A DNA stretch of 60,893 nt, counting the filler, from Sphacelaria rigidula (Eukaryota), in the NCBI GenBank assembly GCA_964200075.2. It is 8 parts of 8 records of this genome, joined end to end, with 100 filler letters (N's around TTAATTAATTAA, not from the genome) between each part and the next. Parts side by side here need not be neighbours in the genome. Positions count along the whole stretch, not along the records: positions 15,250 to 22,773 come from CAXNAA020014513.1; positions 22,874 to 30,397 come from CAXNAA020014514.1; positions 30,498 to 38,021 come from CAXNAA020014515.1; 5 more parts are not named here. The stretch is one strand, 5' to 3'. The translations under genes and the position numbers were made by a program. This document shows, piece after piece, positions 21,929 to 35,100 of this stretch (position 1 is its first letter; every line of letters begins with the position of its first letter). Below the pieces are notes generated by a model. That model was not told where the DNA came from and made no database searches. It was given only the letters and a program-made list of their open reading frames with translations.

Positions 21929-24220
21929 GTACGTGTCGCATGCTCATTGTGTGGTTGCTTTTGATCATGATGTTTTCGGGGGATATGCCTACCGTCATAC
22001 TTGCGTCAGCCCCCCGTTTTTCTGGACAAGTTTAGTCTCAAGGGATCACTCCCCTCCCCGCCCCCCCCTCCCTGTGCTCCCCTTTCGAGGGTGGCGTGGG
22101 TTGACAATGACGCTGTACAACGTGTCACTCCCTGCGTAAGCGAGGCAACCAGGATTCCGTCTCGAAAGGGATGCGTGGTCAATGGTCACACGACTCAGGC
22201 AAGCAACAAATGAGTACGCCCCCCCGCCCCTCCATGTGCTACCCTTTAAGGGGTGGCGTGGATTGGCAATGAACAGCGAGGTAACCAGGATTCCGTCTTC
22301 ATTTTCGCTGACGTTCTCTTGCGGTAACCAATATGATGGTTGAGCTAGATTTTACTGTGCGAAGTGCAGAACCACAACTCCGCGCAACGGGGATCATCGT
22401 ACTGCGCAGTGTTCATTTAATGGTGAGATACCCCATGACGTGGAGTAACCCGTAGCTGTCTCTGGAAGTGGCAATACGAGAAAGTGAAGATCTTCATGCG
22501 AGGCTGTCATCCACGTGGTACGCTTCGGGCCGAGCAATCTTGGCAGGATGCAGGTCGCCTCTCATGCCACTCACCGAACACATCAGGGCGCTTCGCGCGT
22601 AGTGATGACGAGTATGATCCGGTGCAGACCCGGCGTACTCCGTCCCGGCTTTGCAGGGATCCGAGGTCGATAGTCTTGTGACTACAGCATGCTATGGTCA
22701 TGAGTATACCCCCCCCCCCCTATACTGAACGATAGAGTAGGAACGATGCTAGAAAAGGAAGACAAAATCAGCGNNNNNNNNNNNNNNNNNNNNNNNNNNN
22801 NNNNNNNNNNNNNNNNNTTAATTAATTAANNNNNNNNNNNNNNNNNNNNNNNNNNNNNNNNNNNNNNNNNNNNGGAGGGGGTAGGGAGGGAGGTGGGGGG
22901 GGGGGGGGGGGAGGCGCGGAGCCGAGGGGGGGGGGGGGGGGGGGGAGAATACAACGAGCCCCCCACGACGACCATCCCTGAAAGCCTGGCTAGGGAAACT
23001 ACTGACATCACATTTCACAAAACTAGACGAAAAAAATCAGAGTCCCATAAAAATAAAAATAAAAGTGTTGAGCGGCATGAGAACAAAACCTACAGAATTG
23101 ACTGCGACCAGTTTCAACAGCACCATGCAGCTAACGGAGGGCATCTATAGCGTGACTGGAGAAAGACTTGTATAAATACAACGCGCGATATAAATAAAAA
23201 TATATAAATATTTACGTATGTATGCATATATGAAGCAAAAACTAATGTATATGAAAAATAGTATTTCATGTCCGGTAGGGCACACGCACACACGCACACA
23301 CACACACGCACGAGGGACACGAACCGGGGAGGGGGGGGGAGGGGGGGAACGTACACATTGTTGTCGTGGCCATCGTCATCATCCAAGTCAAGAAGGACCA
23401 CAAGAGTACAACCGTGATGGACCTTTTTTTTGTCAACACGACAAATCTCGACACGATAGACCGGACCAAAAAAACATCAATTACTTTTTGCAACACCTCG
23501 ACGGAAAAATGACGAGTCACGAACTCACCAACGGGTGAGATCAGAACTCGCTTCTCCCCTCACAACACCAAGAAATAAAATACCACCCAAAACAACTCCC
23601 ACCCACAGTCACGCACACACCTAACCTCTCTCAAAACGTCACTCTTCGAAAAACGGCAAAATGCAACTCTCTTCTTGCTGTACAAATATCCAAGATTTGG
23701 CAACAACGATGCAACTATTCCCAAAAAACTAAAGAAACTATTTCTCGCCCGCATCTCCGTCTCCATTCCCTCTCCAACTGGCTCCGGGCGGAAAAAAACA
23801 TGTTCTCTCCTACAACCGGCCTACTGTACTGTACAGGCACTCCTTTACTATGTATTCGTATTGTTATCAAAGTACGTACGCTGCTCAGCGCTAATCCTAG
23901 TGCGATATTCGGTCGTCATACTATTGTTGTAATGTATCTCGTAATTTGCCGCTGAATGTTCCTAACTCTTGCACCAGCCCCTCTCTCTTGCTCTCTCGCC
24001 AGAAAACACACACCCGCACTCACACACAACAAGAAACACACACACAAGAAATACATAACAAAAGAAATCCAAGACAAAAAAAAGGAACAAGCGGCAGCAT
24101 TCATAAAATAACGAGAGGTCACAAGAGCAGCAGCACAGCAAATAGCAAGTAAACCACATACTACACCACCTTACCCGAGCTGAATTCAGCACACAGCTAT
24201 CCTTTCCTCCGTTCCACGCA

Positions 24221-27200
24221 CTACAAGTTCTGCTTCTGCTTGAGCCATTCTCTAGACCTTTTCTGGATGACAAGTAAGGCACTGGTCTCCCGTGCCAGGC
24301 GTTGGAAACGCCCCCTCCGGGCAAGCATGACGCGCGCGGCAGCCTGCAAGGCATTAGCAGCCCGCTCCTCCCGAGCAGCCCTCTCGGAGGCAGCCCCTCC
24401 GAGGTTAAGCCCCACTGCGCCGCCACCACCGCCACCGACGCCAGCATCACTGAGACCAGCATCGCTGGTCCTCGTAGGCGTTTCTCCCCCACTAACATCC
24501 CCCATGTTACTGCCGTAGACATGCTCGTTAGTGCCATCATCCATGGGGTCTGGTCCATTGCCTGTACCGCTGCCACCGCTGCTGTTGAGGGCGAGGTTGG
24601 AGGGAACGCTCGCGAGGGAGCGCGCAGGAGATGGCGGGTGGCCATTAAGGGGAGACCTGTTGCTGCCACCGCCTGGGGTAGAGTCGTTCGCAATTACCGC
24701 ATCGGCCTCTGCGAGGCGGTGCTTCTGGCGTTCACGCCATGCGACCTGAGCGATACAATACGAGGAAACGGCGGAGAGATGAGGACGGGGTGGTGACGTT
24801 AGCATGGAAGCCGAGACAGGGAAGTGGGCTATGCTCTATCTCGAGCTTATCTTGTTGACAGTTGGTTGTTCTGTTGTTTCGAGGGCCAGCTTGCCACATG
24901 AACGTGCCGTGAGAGGCGGGAGAGACGGAGAGGTTGCTGCTGCGCTTGAAGCTGGTGTGGAGGCTTGCGATGACGAAACAACCCACTTGCCGTGTCATGG
25001 CGCATGATGGGCGAAATATAACCCGTGAAGCATGGAGACGACCGCATCGAATCTACAACCAACATTACGGTAGATAAGTCACCACCTACACTTTTGACGG
25101 CAAGCGCTTATACAGCTGCAAGATACCCGACAAAAGGCGCTCAGTCTACTTCCAAACTAGTCTGGAAGAGGGAGAGACACGCCCACTATAACAGGCGACA
25201 CATCTATACATGCATCCTCGGCACATGAAGCGCATTTGATACGCTTCCCCTCCCCCCCCTCCGGGGGGCCTTCTCTCCAAAACTTACGGTTTCTTGTCTA
25301 GCGGCAAAAAAACACCTGCAGGGTCCGGGCAGCCTTCCTCAGGCTCTTGTAGTTGCACCGCAAGATCCATGCCCGTACATTTTGCTGGATGATCTTCACC
25401 TCATCCTCCACGTCGCTGAGGTCTGAAGGACCCATCATCGACATGATGGCGCGGAGATCATGAGCGGGCAGGCCACCTTCCTCCCTCGAAAGCACGTTCG
25501 ACACGCTCGACAGCTGTGCGAATTACAGGGATATTTATGGACAGCACACATCGAGAGAGGGGGCACGAAAAAGTCGTCAGGAACAATGTTCTGTCGACTA
25601 CATGTCTCAAACTTTGTATCGCCCAGCACATCACATTTTGCTTGGCTTTTGGTCGGCGCGCACCAACACCAATCACGACGAAATCCATTGTATGACTGTT
25701 GAAACTCTCTTGGACCTACTCTTGAACGAACACAGGAACACATAACGCCACTGCCAACAATGAATTGATTCAATATCAGCCGTTATGATGTGGAGCAGTT
25801 CCGTGCCCTTCATGCAACCGTGATGGTCGAATTTCCCATGTAGCCTAGTAATTGGTAAGTACACTTCGGTTTGGTCGCAAAGCGCCAGTGATGAGAGTGT
25901 GGATGAAACGATCCCACAACCAACCTCGGAGAAATCTATGCCGGTGGATTGAGCATCGGCACCACTGAAGGCTCCTTGTTGCTGCCTCCCTCGTTGGAGC
26001 GATGACACGTGCAACGAGAGAGCGCATTTCTCGTGCAAGCTGTTATTCAGGGCATAGGGTTAAAAGAGGCCGCGCACAGAAACAGAGGTGGAGAAGGGCT
26101 CCATGTAAAATCGAGGCGCTCAATATACCACGAAGAAATAAATTGTGCGGCCTACAGCTTCATACCGCGATCACATTCGTGTCTGAGGCGCGGTTGGAAC
26201 GAACGATGGACAGCCAATATGGAAACCATTCTTCAGGACAAACCTCGAAATTCTGCTTCGAAATTAAAAAAAATTGTGGAGCAAGTCAAGTGGACATGGA
26301 ACACGCACACACAACACGAACCTTAGTGTCGAAAACGCCTCCGCGAGCAACTGCTCCGTCGAAGCACTCTTCCGCCCACTGCCCTCACTTTCGCTGGACC
26401 CTTGCCCTCCCCCATTTTCTCCGTTGCCCACCTCCTCCATCGGAGACATCTCCAGCCTGTCAAGAGAAGGCGGGGCGTCGATGTCCACTCGCCCGTGGCC
26501 TCCGCCGCCGCTGCTGGTCCGACCCCCACCGGGTGGCGGTAATCCTATTCCCCACTCACCGTCCGCATCACCCCCGCCGTTGCCGTCGAGCCCGGCGATA
26601 CCGGGAGCAGCAGTGCCTGCAACACTGTTGGCCCCGCCGACAGTCGACACGGTGGCGCCAGCGGCGCTTCCACTGTCGCCGGCGTGTGACTGCGACCTGG
26701 CGGTCGACGGGTGCGGCGGAGACGAGCTAGGGTGCGTGGTGCTGCTACTGGGGGGCGTGTGTTCATTGGCGGTTTCTGGGCTTGGGGACAGCTGGCCCAC
26801 CCAGTTGTCCGGGCCCCCACCACCGCCAGTCGAGCCTGACCATGGGGACGGGGGGCATCCCGCAGGAGACACGCCTCCGCCCCAGGGGAGAACGGGCGCG
26901 GGGGAATCTTGCCGCATCGTAGTGGTCGTTGTTGCGGTCGTTGCGGTCGTTGTGCCGCTGTTGCTGTTGGTGGCGGTGGACGATGGAGAAGCTGACGACG
27001 CGGGTGCGGTGCTTCTGCCACCCGGGATTGTGCCTCGAATCTGGTTCCATAAATACACTCCCACTTCTCGTTTGTTGCAGCGCATGGCGAGTTTGTCTGA
27101 AAACAGAGTTTTAAGGTTGTTTGGAACACGGGCGCGAGGGGAGGGGGGGGGTCAATGTGGATTCATTGCTAGACAACGACCGGAGGGGTGTCGGAAACAT

Positions 27201-28141
27201 CAGCGGAAGGAGGATCTATCACAACGAAAATAATATCGCACGTCGTCGCGGCTCATGACATCATGCCGTCGTTCATGCTGAGCTGCAACGCTCACCATCA
27301 ACTACGCTTCGTTGCGTACGCCACATGTTATGTTCATCCCCAACACCTCACACCTGGTGTTTTTCGAGGGGACAACTTGTGGTAGGTGCTCACCTGGAGT
27401 CAGGCCATAGGCGTCCACGGCGTCCAAGTTGGCCCCCTTCTTCACGAGCTCCTGGACGATTGTGAGGCTTCCAGCCGTAGCCGCCAGATGAAGAGGTGTC
27501 TGCGACATGAGTCATAAATCAGGTGTGGGTATGCACGGAACACGTTTCCAAACGTCAGCGAATGAGCGCGAGGGAAAACGCCAACAAGTGTCAGAAAAGG
27601 ACGAGAACAAAAAGGTCGGAAGCACGTCTAGGGACAGCAACCTAGGGGATAATGTACTACCTCAAATCTGCATGAAATCTACAAATTATGTCATGAGCGT
27701 TCACTGAGAGCGCTCACAACAGGACAACAATACATGTGACGGGCCGACAGCTTCGACTACCATGTCTACAGACTTCAATGGCTCATGGCCCACCTGATCG
27801 CGACCGTCTCCCGTCCTCAGGTTCACGTCTGCACCCCTCTCCAACAGAACAGGGACAAGGGCGCCCAGGCTGTGCAAGCACGTGTAGTGCAGAACGCTCA
27901 AACCACGCGTGTCGAGCGCATTAAGCTCAGACTCGAGATCCGTCAGCTGCGTTTGGTTTCGCGACGAGACAAAAACAGAAAAATACACCAGAACAAAACA
28001 GGGCGGCGGCGGCGGCGGCGGCGGGGGGGGGGGGGGGGGGGGATTACAGCGATCCCAGGGGGGGGTGGGGGGGGGTGCTCGCCCCGCGAAAGGGGGCCCC
28101 TCCACACAGGTGTGACNNNNNNNNNNAACAAAAGAAGCGCA

Positions 28142-28206
<65 letters not shown>

Positions 28207-29624
28207 GATTACAGCGATTTCAAGTAGGGTTGGGTGATGATGCTTCCGGCCGTAAATGGAGTCTCATCAACCAGGTTGCTCATCACCATGCCACGCGCAG
28301 TCGTTTCATCTCCAAACGCTACACGACGAAATTCGACGAAATTTTCATCAGCGACTCGTGTAACGCAAATCAAGGTACGAACACATTCAGTATACACCTC
28401 GACACAAAAGCTCCCGGAACGCGCACGCGTCTCGCTCACCCGTCCAATAATACTTCCTCTCGTCATTGCGCCCCTCCCCTGCACACCCCCTCTCCCTACC
28501 GAACCAATGCTCAACACACACCTGCCCCATAACTTGCATCCACATCTGCTCGAGGAGCACCTCCAGCTCAGCGTCTCCAAGTTCGTTGAGCGCGGTGTCA
28601 TCCAAAGCCTGGTGGTGGGACATATCAGGCCCTCCTCCTGTGCTTGCTGGCACCCCTCCCAGCCCCCCTATGGAAGGGGTAGACGCCCTACCTGCCTCCG
28701 CCTCTCCCGCCGTCGACAGATGGTGCGAGTCTTTGTCATGTGTAGTGTTTCCACCGGCCGAGTTCACTCCCGATCCGTCACCACCGCCGAAGGGCGACGT
28801 GAACGAGCCTCGGACACTATCGGTCTGCATATCGGAAGCAACGCTGCTTCTGCGGGAACCTTGGATCTCGCCGAGGCGCTCCACGATGCGAATCTATGTT
28901 TTGTGGGAAATGACGACGCATGCGTTTTTGTGGCAGACGGAGGGGCGGACGGGCGGGAGGGTGTGTCACGAGTACGTTTTCATCGGATGTGTTAACATCT
29001 GTAGTATCACGATTACGTTGGACAACAAGAGTCAGAGCCAAACAAAACAGAGTGCAACAACAACTCCACACATGCTCTCCAGAAATAGGGAGTGCACGCG
29101 TAGAAGACGACAAAATCGCACTGCGAGGAATAAAAACATAAAGAAACAAATACCCAATCCATCATCTCTCCTTTTTCTCTCCAAAACATTCGACACCTAC
29201 AAGGCGATCAACACCCTCCACACTCCCTCACCTTGCACTCTCGGCCATCGTAGGGCATGATCGGGTACCCCAGGCTATCCTCGTTGGATCGCGTCGTGGC
29301 CGCCAGCGCCATCTGCCCGAAATCGCCAGACGCACGCCGCCATGGGTGTGGCTGACCGCGTCGAGCGCCTGACGCCGACTGAGAGCCGCGGCCACCCTTA
29401 CCGGCGCTGCCCACCCAAGGGGTTGGCTCGCCGGCGCGAGGTGTTCCCCACGCACGCCCGCGCTCTGCCCAGCTGCAAACAACGGGAGACGAGTAGATGG
29501 GCTCGAGCGGTGAAGGGGCGGAGCTGGTGGTGACCTCGCCCCAGTCGCGTTTGCGAGCGGCCGCGGAGCCGTTTTCCGAGGTGGGGAGCTCCTGCCAGCT
29601 TCGCTTCTTGTTGGGCGTTGATGC
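24221..29624 (-). CDS. CAMTA-like (calmodulin-binding transcription activator-type) ankyrin + IQ motif protein, 5'-partial
   Basis: Exons 29624-29232, 28893-28522 (K|IRIVERL), 27946-27794 and 27499-27394 (canonical ankyrins GLSVLHYTC...LLERGADVN and TPLHLAATAGSLTIVQELVKKGANLDAVD), 27096-26322, 26039-25925, 25513-25316 (IQQNVRAWILR) and 24745-24221 (LQAAARVMLARR, IQKRSREWL). All phases are compatible. Confidence 0.85.
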
Positions 29625-31552
29625 CTGCACAAACGGCGTGATTCGGGTTGATTTTGGGGGTTAGCAGGCACCGTGAGGACGGGTGGTGGGGGGAAGGGTG
29701 GCCCGGTGTCACACGCAATTTGTAGTCGTCGTCAGCACAGGAAAACCAACACGTGCATGCACCTGATGCCCGACCTCACTTCGCAATTTTCTCGACATTC
29801 GCAGTTCTGCCTCCCCCCCCCAGATATGAATCTAGAACAGAATCTGAGCTCTTTTCAAGCCCGCGTGCCCTGTTGCAACCCCCGGCACCGGATCCAGACA
29901 CATGAGCGTGTTGATTGTAGTTTACATGACACGTGACCGAGGATTCAGCGCCTTGCAGCGACGACAGCGCACGTACAACCGTGCCTCCAGCGCCATGCAT
30001 CTCTACAAGCGATACCGAAACGAATTAGTCATTATCCAGAGGGTGCCAGTACCCATATATGTTTGTTTGCCGGCACTGCTCCCTCCCAGGTACTCATGGT
30101 GTGGAAGTCAGTGCACCACCATGTCCAAGTATGCACTCACTTACTGTGCGCAGAGCTTGGGTTGCGTGAGAGCCGTTTTGAATTTATTGATTTTGATGGA
30201 TTGATTGTCGCACATTAACTGACCCCCAAGGGTCCGTCCAGCCGTGGTATCATGATAGACGTACCCAAGAAAAACGAAACTGAAACACGCTCTGGAGAAA
30301 AGACAGGACAGGAAAAAAAAAAACGAACAGAACAGGGAATATATTGACAGTATTTCGGTATTCGCTTATAGTTTGATGTGCGCAGAGGGAAAAAGGGNNN
30401 NNNNNNNNNNNNNNNNNNNNNNNNNNNNNNNNNNNNNNNNNTTAATTAATTAANNNNNNNNNNNNNNNNNNNNNNNNNNNNNNNNNNNNNNNNNNNNAAC
30501 CCTAACCCTTACCATAGGGATATTCAAATTCCGGTGCGGTCCTCTAAGCACGCGGTCCTCTCACGCATTACACACACTACCAACAGTTAGGTCACCACCA
30601 TAGGTATTTTTATTCACTCCACACGTCAAGAAGGTCTCCACAAGTGTTTGATCTCTCATACACCCCCCCAACGGGCGTCTCGCACGCTCTTCTCGTCGCG
30701 CACCCAGAGGGTCAAATGTCGGATGAAATCAACGATGAGTAACACCCCCCCCCCCCCCCAACAGTATAGTGCGGCGGTCGCAAAGGGATACGNNNNNNNC
30801 CCCCCCCCCCCCCCCAAGTTCACGGTGCTCCGTCTCGAAAGGGATGCGTGGTCAATGGTCAAACGACTAAGGCAAGCAACAAATGAGTACGCCCCCAAAG
30901 TTCAAAGGGGATCTGCTATTGCCGCAGCACCGTCCTTGCTGGCATGTGTGTGACAGACAGCAGTACCGGTGACGGGAGCATTCCCTTGTCTTTCAACGAT
31001 GTGTTCTGCTGCGCACAGAGGCGCGTATAACATGCCTACCGGCAAAAGAAAAACTCGGTACATGCTGGTAATGTGCATGATGCCAGTCTCTTGAGCGATT
31101 GGTAATCGCCGAGCGAGGACACAGAAAGGACACGGGCGAGGAGCTTCCTCTCTGTCGTTGCTTCTCTCTCTGGTGATATCGTCATCGACACGCGTGTGCA
31201 CCGCAATCGTTTGGTGTACCTAGCCACAACAGCTCAAGTGCAGCAGACATTTGGGGGGAAAGCTGATTCCGCTCCGTGTAACTATTTCGCTTCATCCCTG
31301 CAAAACGATATGCCACTTGAACCTCATTTTGGAGATCAACCCAAAACAATGGGATCCGCTGTTATGTGTGGGCAGGCGGGTTATTGTAGCACAGCCGCGG
31401 AAACAAGATCGCGGGATGCCCCCGTTTTCGTCTCCTGTCTGTGGCTGACCGGTGCAAAAATCGATTGCTCTCTGTCTCTTTACTTGGACAGGAAGTGCCT
31501 TTGTGGGCTGCAGAACACGTCGTCGAAAACGAGGGAAATGTTCCCGTGACCG

Positions 31553-31849
31553 TGTTCAGGAAGTGAACAGTTTACCCATTGAATTAGTGAGCGCTCACTG
31601 GCTCAATGGGTAAACTGTTCGCTTACCCAACAAAAGATATGTTCGAGTCCCGGCATGATCGATTGTGGAAGGTATGGACTTGACATGTGAACAGTGAGGC
31701 TTGCGAGGGGTAAGGGGCCCCGGAGATCATTGATGTGTCATGCCGGGACGGCCCACGCAGCATATCTCCTGTTCAGGAAGCGAGTAGTTTACCCATTGAA
31801 CCAGCGAGTGCTCACTGGTTCAATGGGTAAACTGTTTGCTTTCTGAACA
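31553..31849. mobile_element. Nested palindromic element with Pol III-like A/B boxes
   Basis: Two ~55-bp palindromes (AACAGTTTACCCATTGA...TCAATGGGTAAACTGTT) at ~31565-31620 and ~31783-31836, an internal inverted pair GTCCCGGCATGA/TCATGCCGGGAC, and the motifs TGGCTCAATGG and GTTCGAGTCCC. Confidence 0.6.
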
Positions 31850-32185
31850 TATTCGTGGGATGGCCAGGGTAGTCAGTAAGATACACCTTGTCAGGATAAA
31901 GTACAGCAGTGACATACCGGTTTCAGTTCCGGGTACTACACGGGATGACTTCATACTGCGATGGTAGTGACTGGACATACCTGATTGCGTGTGTTTGCCA
32001 TCTTGAGATCTTGGCCCCCTACTAGGTCGCTCTCTCTCTTTTTTCCTTTTCATCCAACAAAGCTATATATATATATACACACATTCTACCACATCCTGAT
32101 CGGCAGTCAGCTGTGTCCACTGATCGACTATGGTAATCAAGTCTGCACTCCATCTTCTCACGGGGATCACGAAGCTACGAACACT

Positions 32186-35100
32186 CTAGAGCCCTACCAT
32201 CCAGTCCTTGAGCCGGTGGTACTTCAGGGCGACGTGCTTACCAAGGGCCGAAAACGAGTTGTTCGCTGCGACGTGGAGTGCTGAAAGGTTGTCACACCAT
32301 ATTTCCGGAAGTTGAAGATGCCGAAATCCGATTTCGGAGAGAAGCCCACTGAGGTAAATTGCTTCACGACTTGCAAACGAGAGTGCACTCAGTTCCGCCT
32401 CCATTGTTGATTGAGCAGCAGTCTTCTGCAAAGAGGATGCGAAACTGATCGGTGCTCCGGCTAGAAAGAAAATGATCCCTGAACATGAACGTCCCCTTTC
32501 AGTCTCCGCCGCGTGGTTTGCGTCACAAAACCCGTGAAGATTGAAATTTCCCGTCTTGTACTTGAGCTTGAACGCTGTTTGATCCCGCAAATAACGGAGT
32601 ACTCTTTTGGCTGCTTCCATATGTACAGTAGCTGGCTTGGACATGAACCGTGTCAGATATTGCACACTGTATGCGATGTCATATCTCGTACACTGTACAA
32701 TACATATAAGGAGGCCAACAATTTCTTGATACCGTGTTGTCCCCTCTTCATCCAAGTAAGTTGCTCCGATAGATTGGCGAGGAAACTCTTTTCCTACTCC
32801 AGGAGTAGAGACTGGTTTGGACTTGCCCATACCAAACCTGGTTAGTACAGATTTTGTATAGCTGTCCTGTGATATTCTGATCGTACTTTCCTCCTTCTCA
32901 TGGTGTACAGCCATTCCCGAAACGAAACTCGCCTGACCGAGATCATTCAAGGCAAACCTCGGCTGTAGTAGCTTCCGTAAATGAGCAAGTACCTTCGTAG
33001 ATGCTCCAGTGAGAAGAAAATCATCGACATAGAGAGTCATCGTGGCGAAAGTATCTCCGCTCCCGTATGTGTATAGGCACGGATCGGAGTAAGTTGGTCT
33101 GAACCCCAGCTCCACCACTCCAGCGTTGAAGTTTTGTTCCAGTTACGAGGACTCTGGCTGAGACCATGAAGACTCTCCTTGAGCTTCATAACGTACGGTC
33201 TCCCGGAGCTTGGCTCAATAGTAGCGTAGCCTGGAGCCTGCTCAGTGTACACTTCTTCTTCGACGTTGCTTTGAAGGAAAGCGGTGTTCGCATCCACTTG
33301 AATGACGTCCCAATTTCTGTCTGCTGCTACAGCCAGTAAGAGTCGTTGGCTGCCAATACGACACACTGGTGGGTAGGTTCCTCCGCAGTCGATACCATGC
33401 TGTTGCCCCTAACCCTGGACAACCAACCTGGCTTTATATTTCCCATTGGGCTTATCCTTGTATACCCAACGCGTACTGATGACAGAGCTGTCCGCTGGAA
33501 CAGTGCTTGCTAAAACGAGATCAGCTACTTCATGATCCTGAAAACTCTGCAGCTCTCGTCTCATGGCTTCGTCCCATTCCGCAGAAAAAGATGACCAGAT
33601 TGCCTCCTTGTACGTACTCGGTAGTGGAACTGCAGTTGGCGGGATGACTGCATTGGTGGTCGTAGTCATATACGCAAAGATCGACTCCAGTACATGCGCC
33701 AACTCATCCGCACTGACTGATGCGTATGCTAGTTGTCGAAGTGTTCTCGATTGTCGACTGTTCAGGTTGCTCGTCTCGATCGACGTTGGAGATCCTGCCG
33801 ACCGAAGTTGATGGGCCTTCCTTATAGCTGATGTGCCCCCTAACTCGTTGTCCAAAATTTCGATATCCTCAGGGTTGTCGAAACTATTCAGAGTTATCTC
33901 CAGAGTAGTGTCCTTGGTTGACTCCGGCTCCCCGCAGTCGACGTCATAGTTGTGTACTGAATAGTAGTTGCAGGAAGTGTCTCAATAAACGTCACGTTCC
34001 TCGATTCCCAAACCTGTCTAGTTGCTGGCTTGTAAATACGGTATGTCTTACTCTGACTGCCATGACCCACGAGTCGTCCTTCCCAGGCCTTCTCCTCCAG
34101 CTTGTTGCGGTGTGTCTCGTGATGTACAAACGCTCGGGAATCAATCGCTCGCAAGTGAGACAGGTTCGCTTGTTTGCCGAACATTTGATATTATGGCGTT
34201 TGAAAGTCGATGGCCTCGGTGGGCAACCGGTTAGCCAAGTATACCGCCGTCCCGGCCAGCTCATGCCAAGGAGTTTTCGGCAGTCTCGTCTCGTTCAAAA
34301 GGCATCTTGTCATTCCCATGATAGTCTGTTCGTCTCTCTCTGAAACTTCATTCTGTTGTGGTGTATTCGTCGCTATATACTCTTGCAGTATGCCTGTCTG
34401 CTTGTAGTAATCACGGTGATATCCCGCAATGTACTCGCCCCCTCCGTCTGAACGAAGGCGGTGAACTCGAAACCCGTTGGGGATCGCGATATCTCGTACA
34501 TACTGCACAAGAGTGTTGATGGCATGATCCTTTGATGATACGAAGTACCAAGTCTTGAACCTCATTAAGTGGTCGGTGAGCTTCACTGCATAGCTGAAGC
34601 CCCCAAGTGATGTTGGTGAAACGGGTCCCAAAACGTCCGAGAATACCAACGCTAGTGGCTGCGGGGCGTGATTGTGTGCAGTTTTAGGGTAATTTCTTTG
34701 AACACTCTTATTAATTAGACAAGTATCACATGATGAGAACTTATCTTCGAAATGTACCCCAGCTTCCGGGATGTTCCTGATGGCCCGGAGAATTCGCTCA
34801 CTTGGATGCCCCAGTCGACGATGCCAGATGTCAGCTTTTTCACTCAGCTGATTCGCGGGTTGAGATGTCGGCGTTGCAACCATGGGCGTTACAAATCCAG
34901 CCGATGTTGCTGCACTGACAGCGAGACCAGGAGTACATGTAGACGTAGTCCCTGTTGATGCTGACACCGAATTTGTCGCTGAATTCGTACCGTTAATATC
35001 GACACTTGGCGGCATCACCAATTCCAAGTCAAGGTTGTGCAGATCAATTGAAGCGTCGAGTCGCAGAGGAAGCTTGAAATCTCTCAGGTCAAGGTAAGAT

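Noticed and set aside
26274-27233. Long plus-strand ORFs (also 28234-29260, 47296-48756, 49615-50184)
   Set aside because: They are antisense shadows of GC-rich minus-strand exons.
30498-30512. True telomere at a contig start
   Set aside because: Only two CCCTAA-like units are present, and they continue into the MITE arm also seen internally at 59350-59431.
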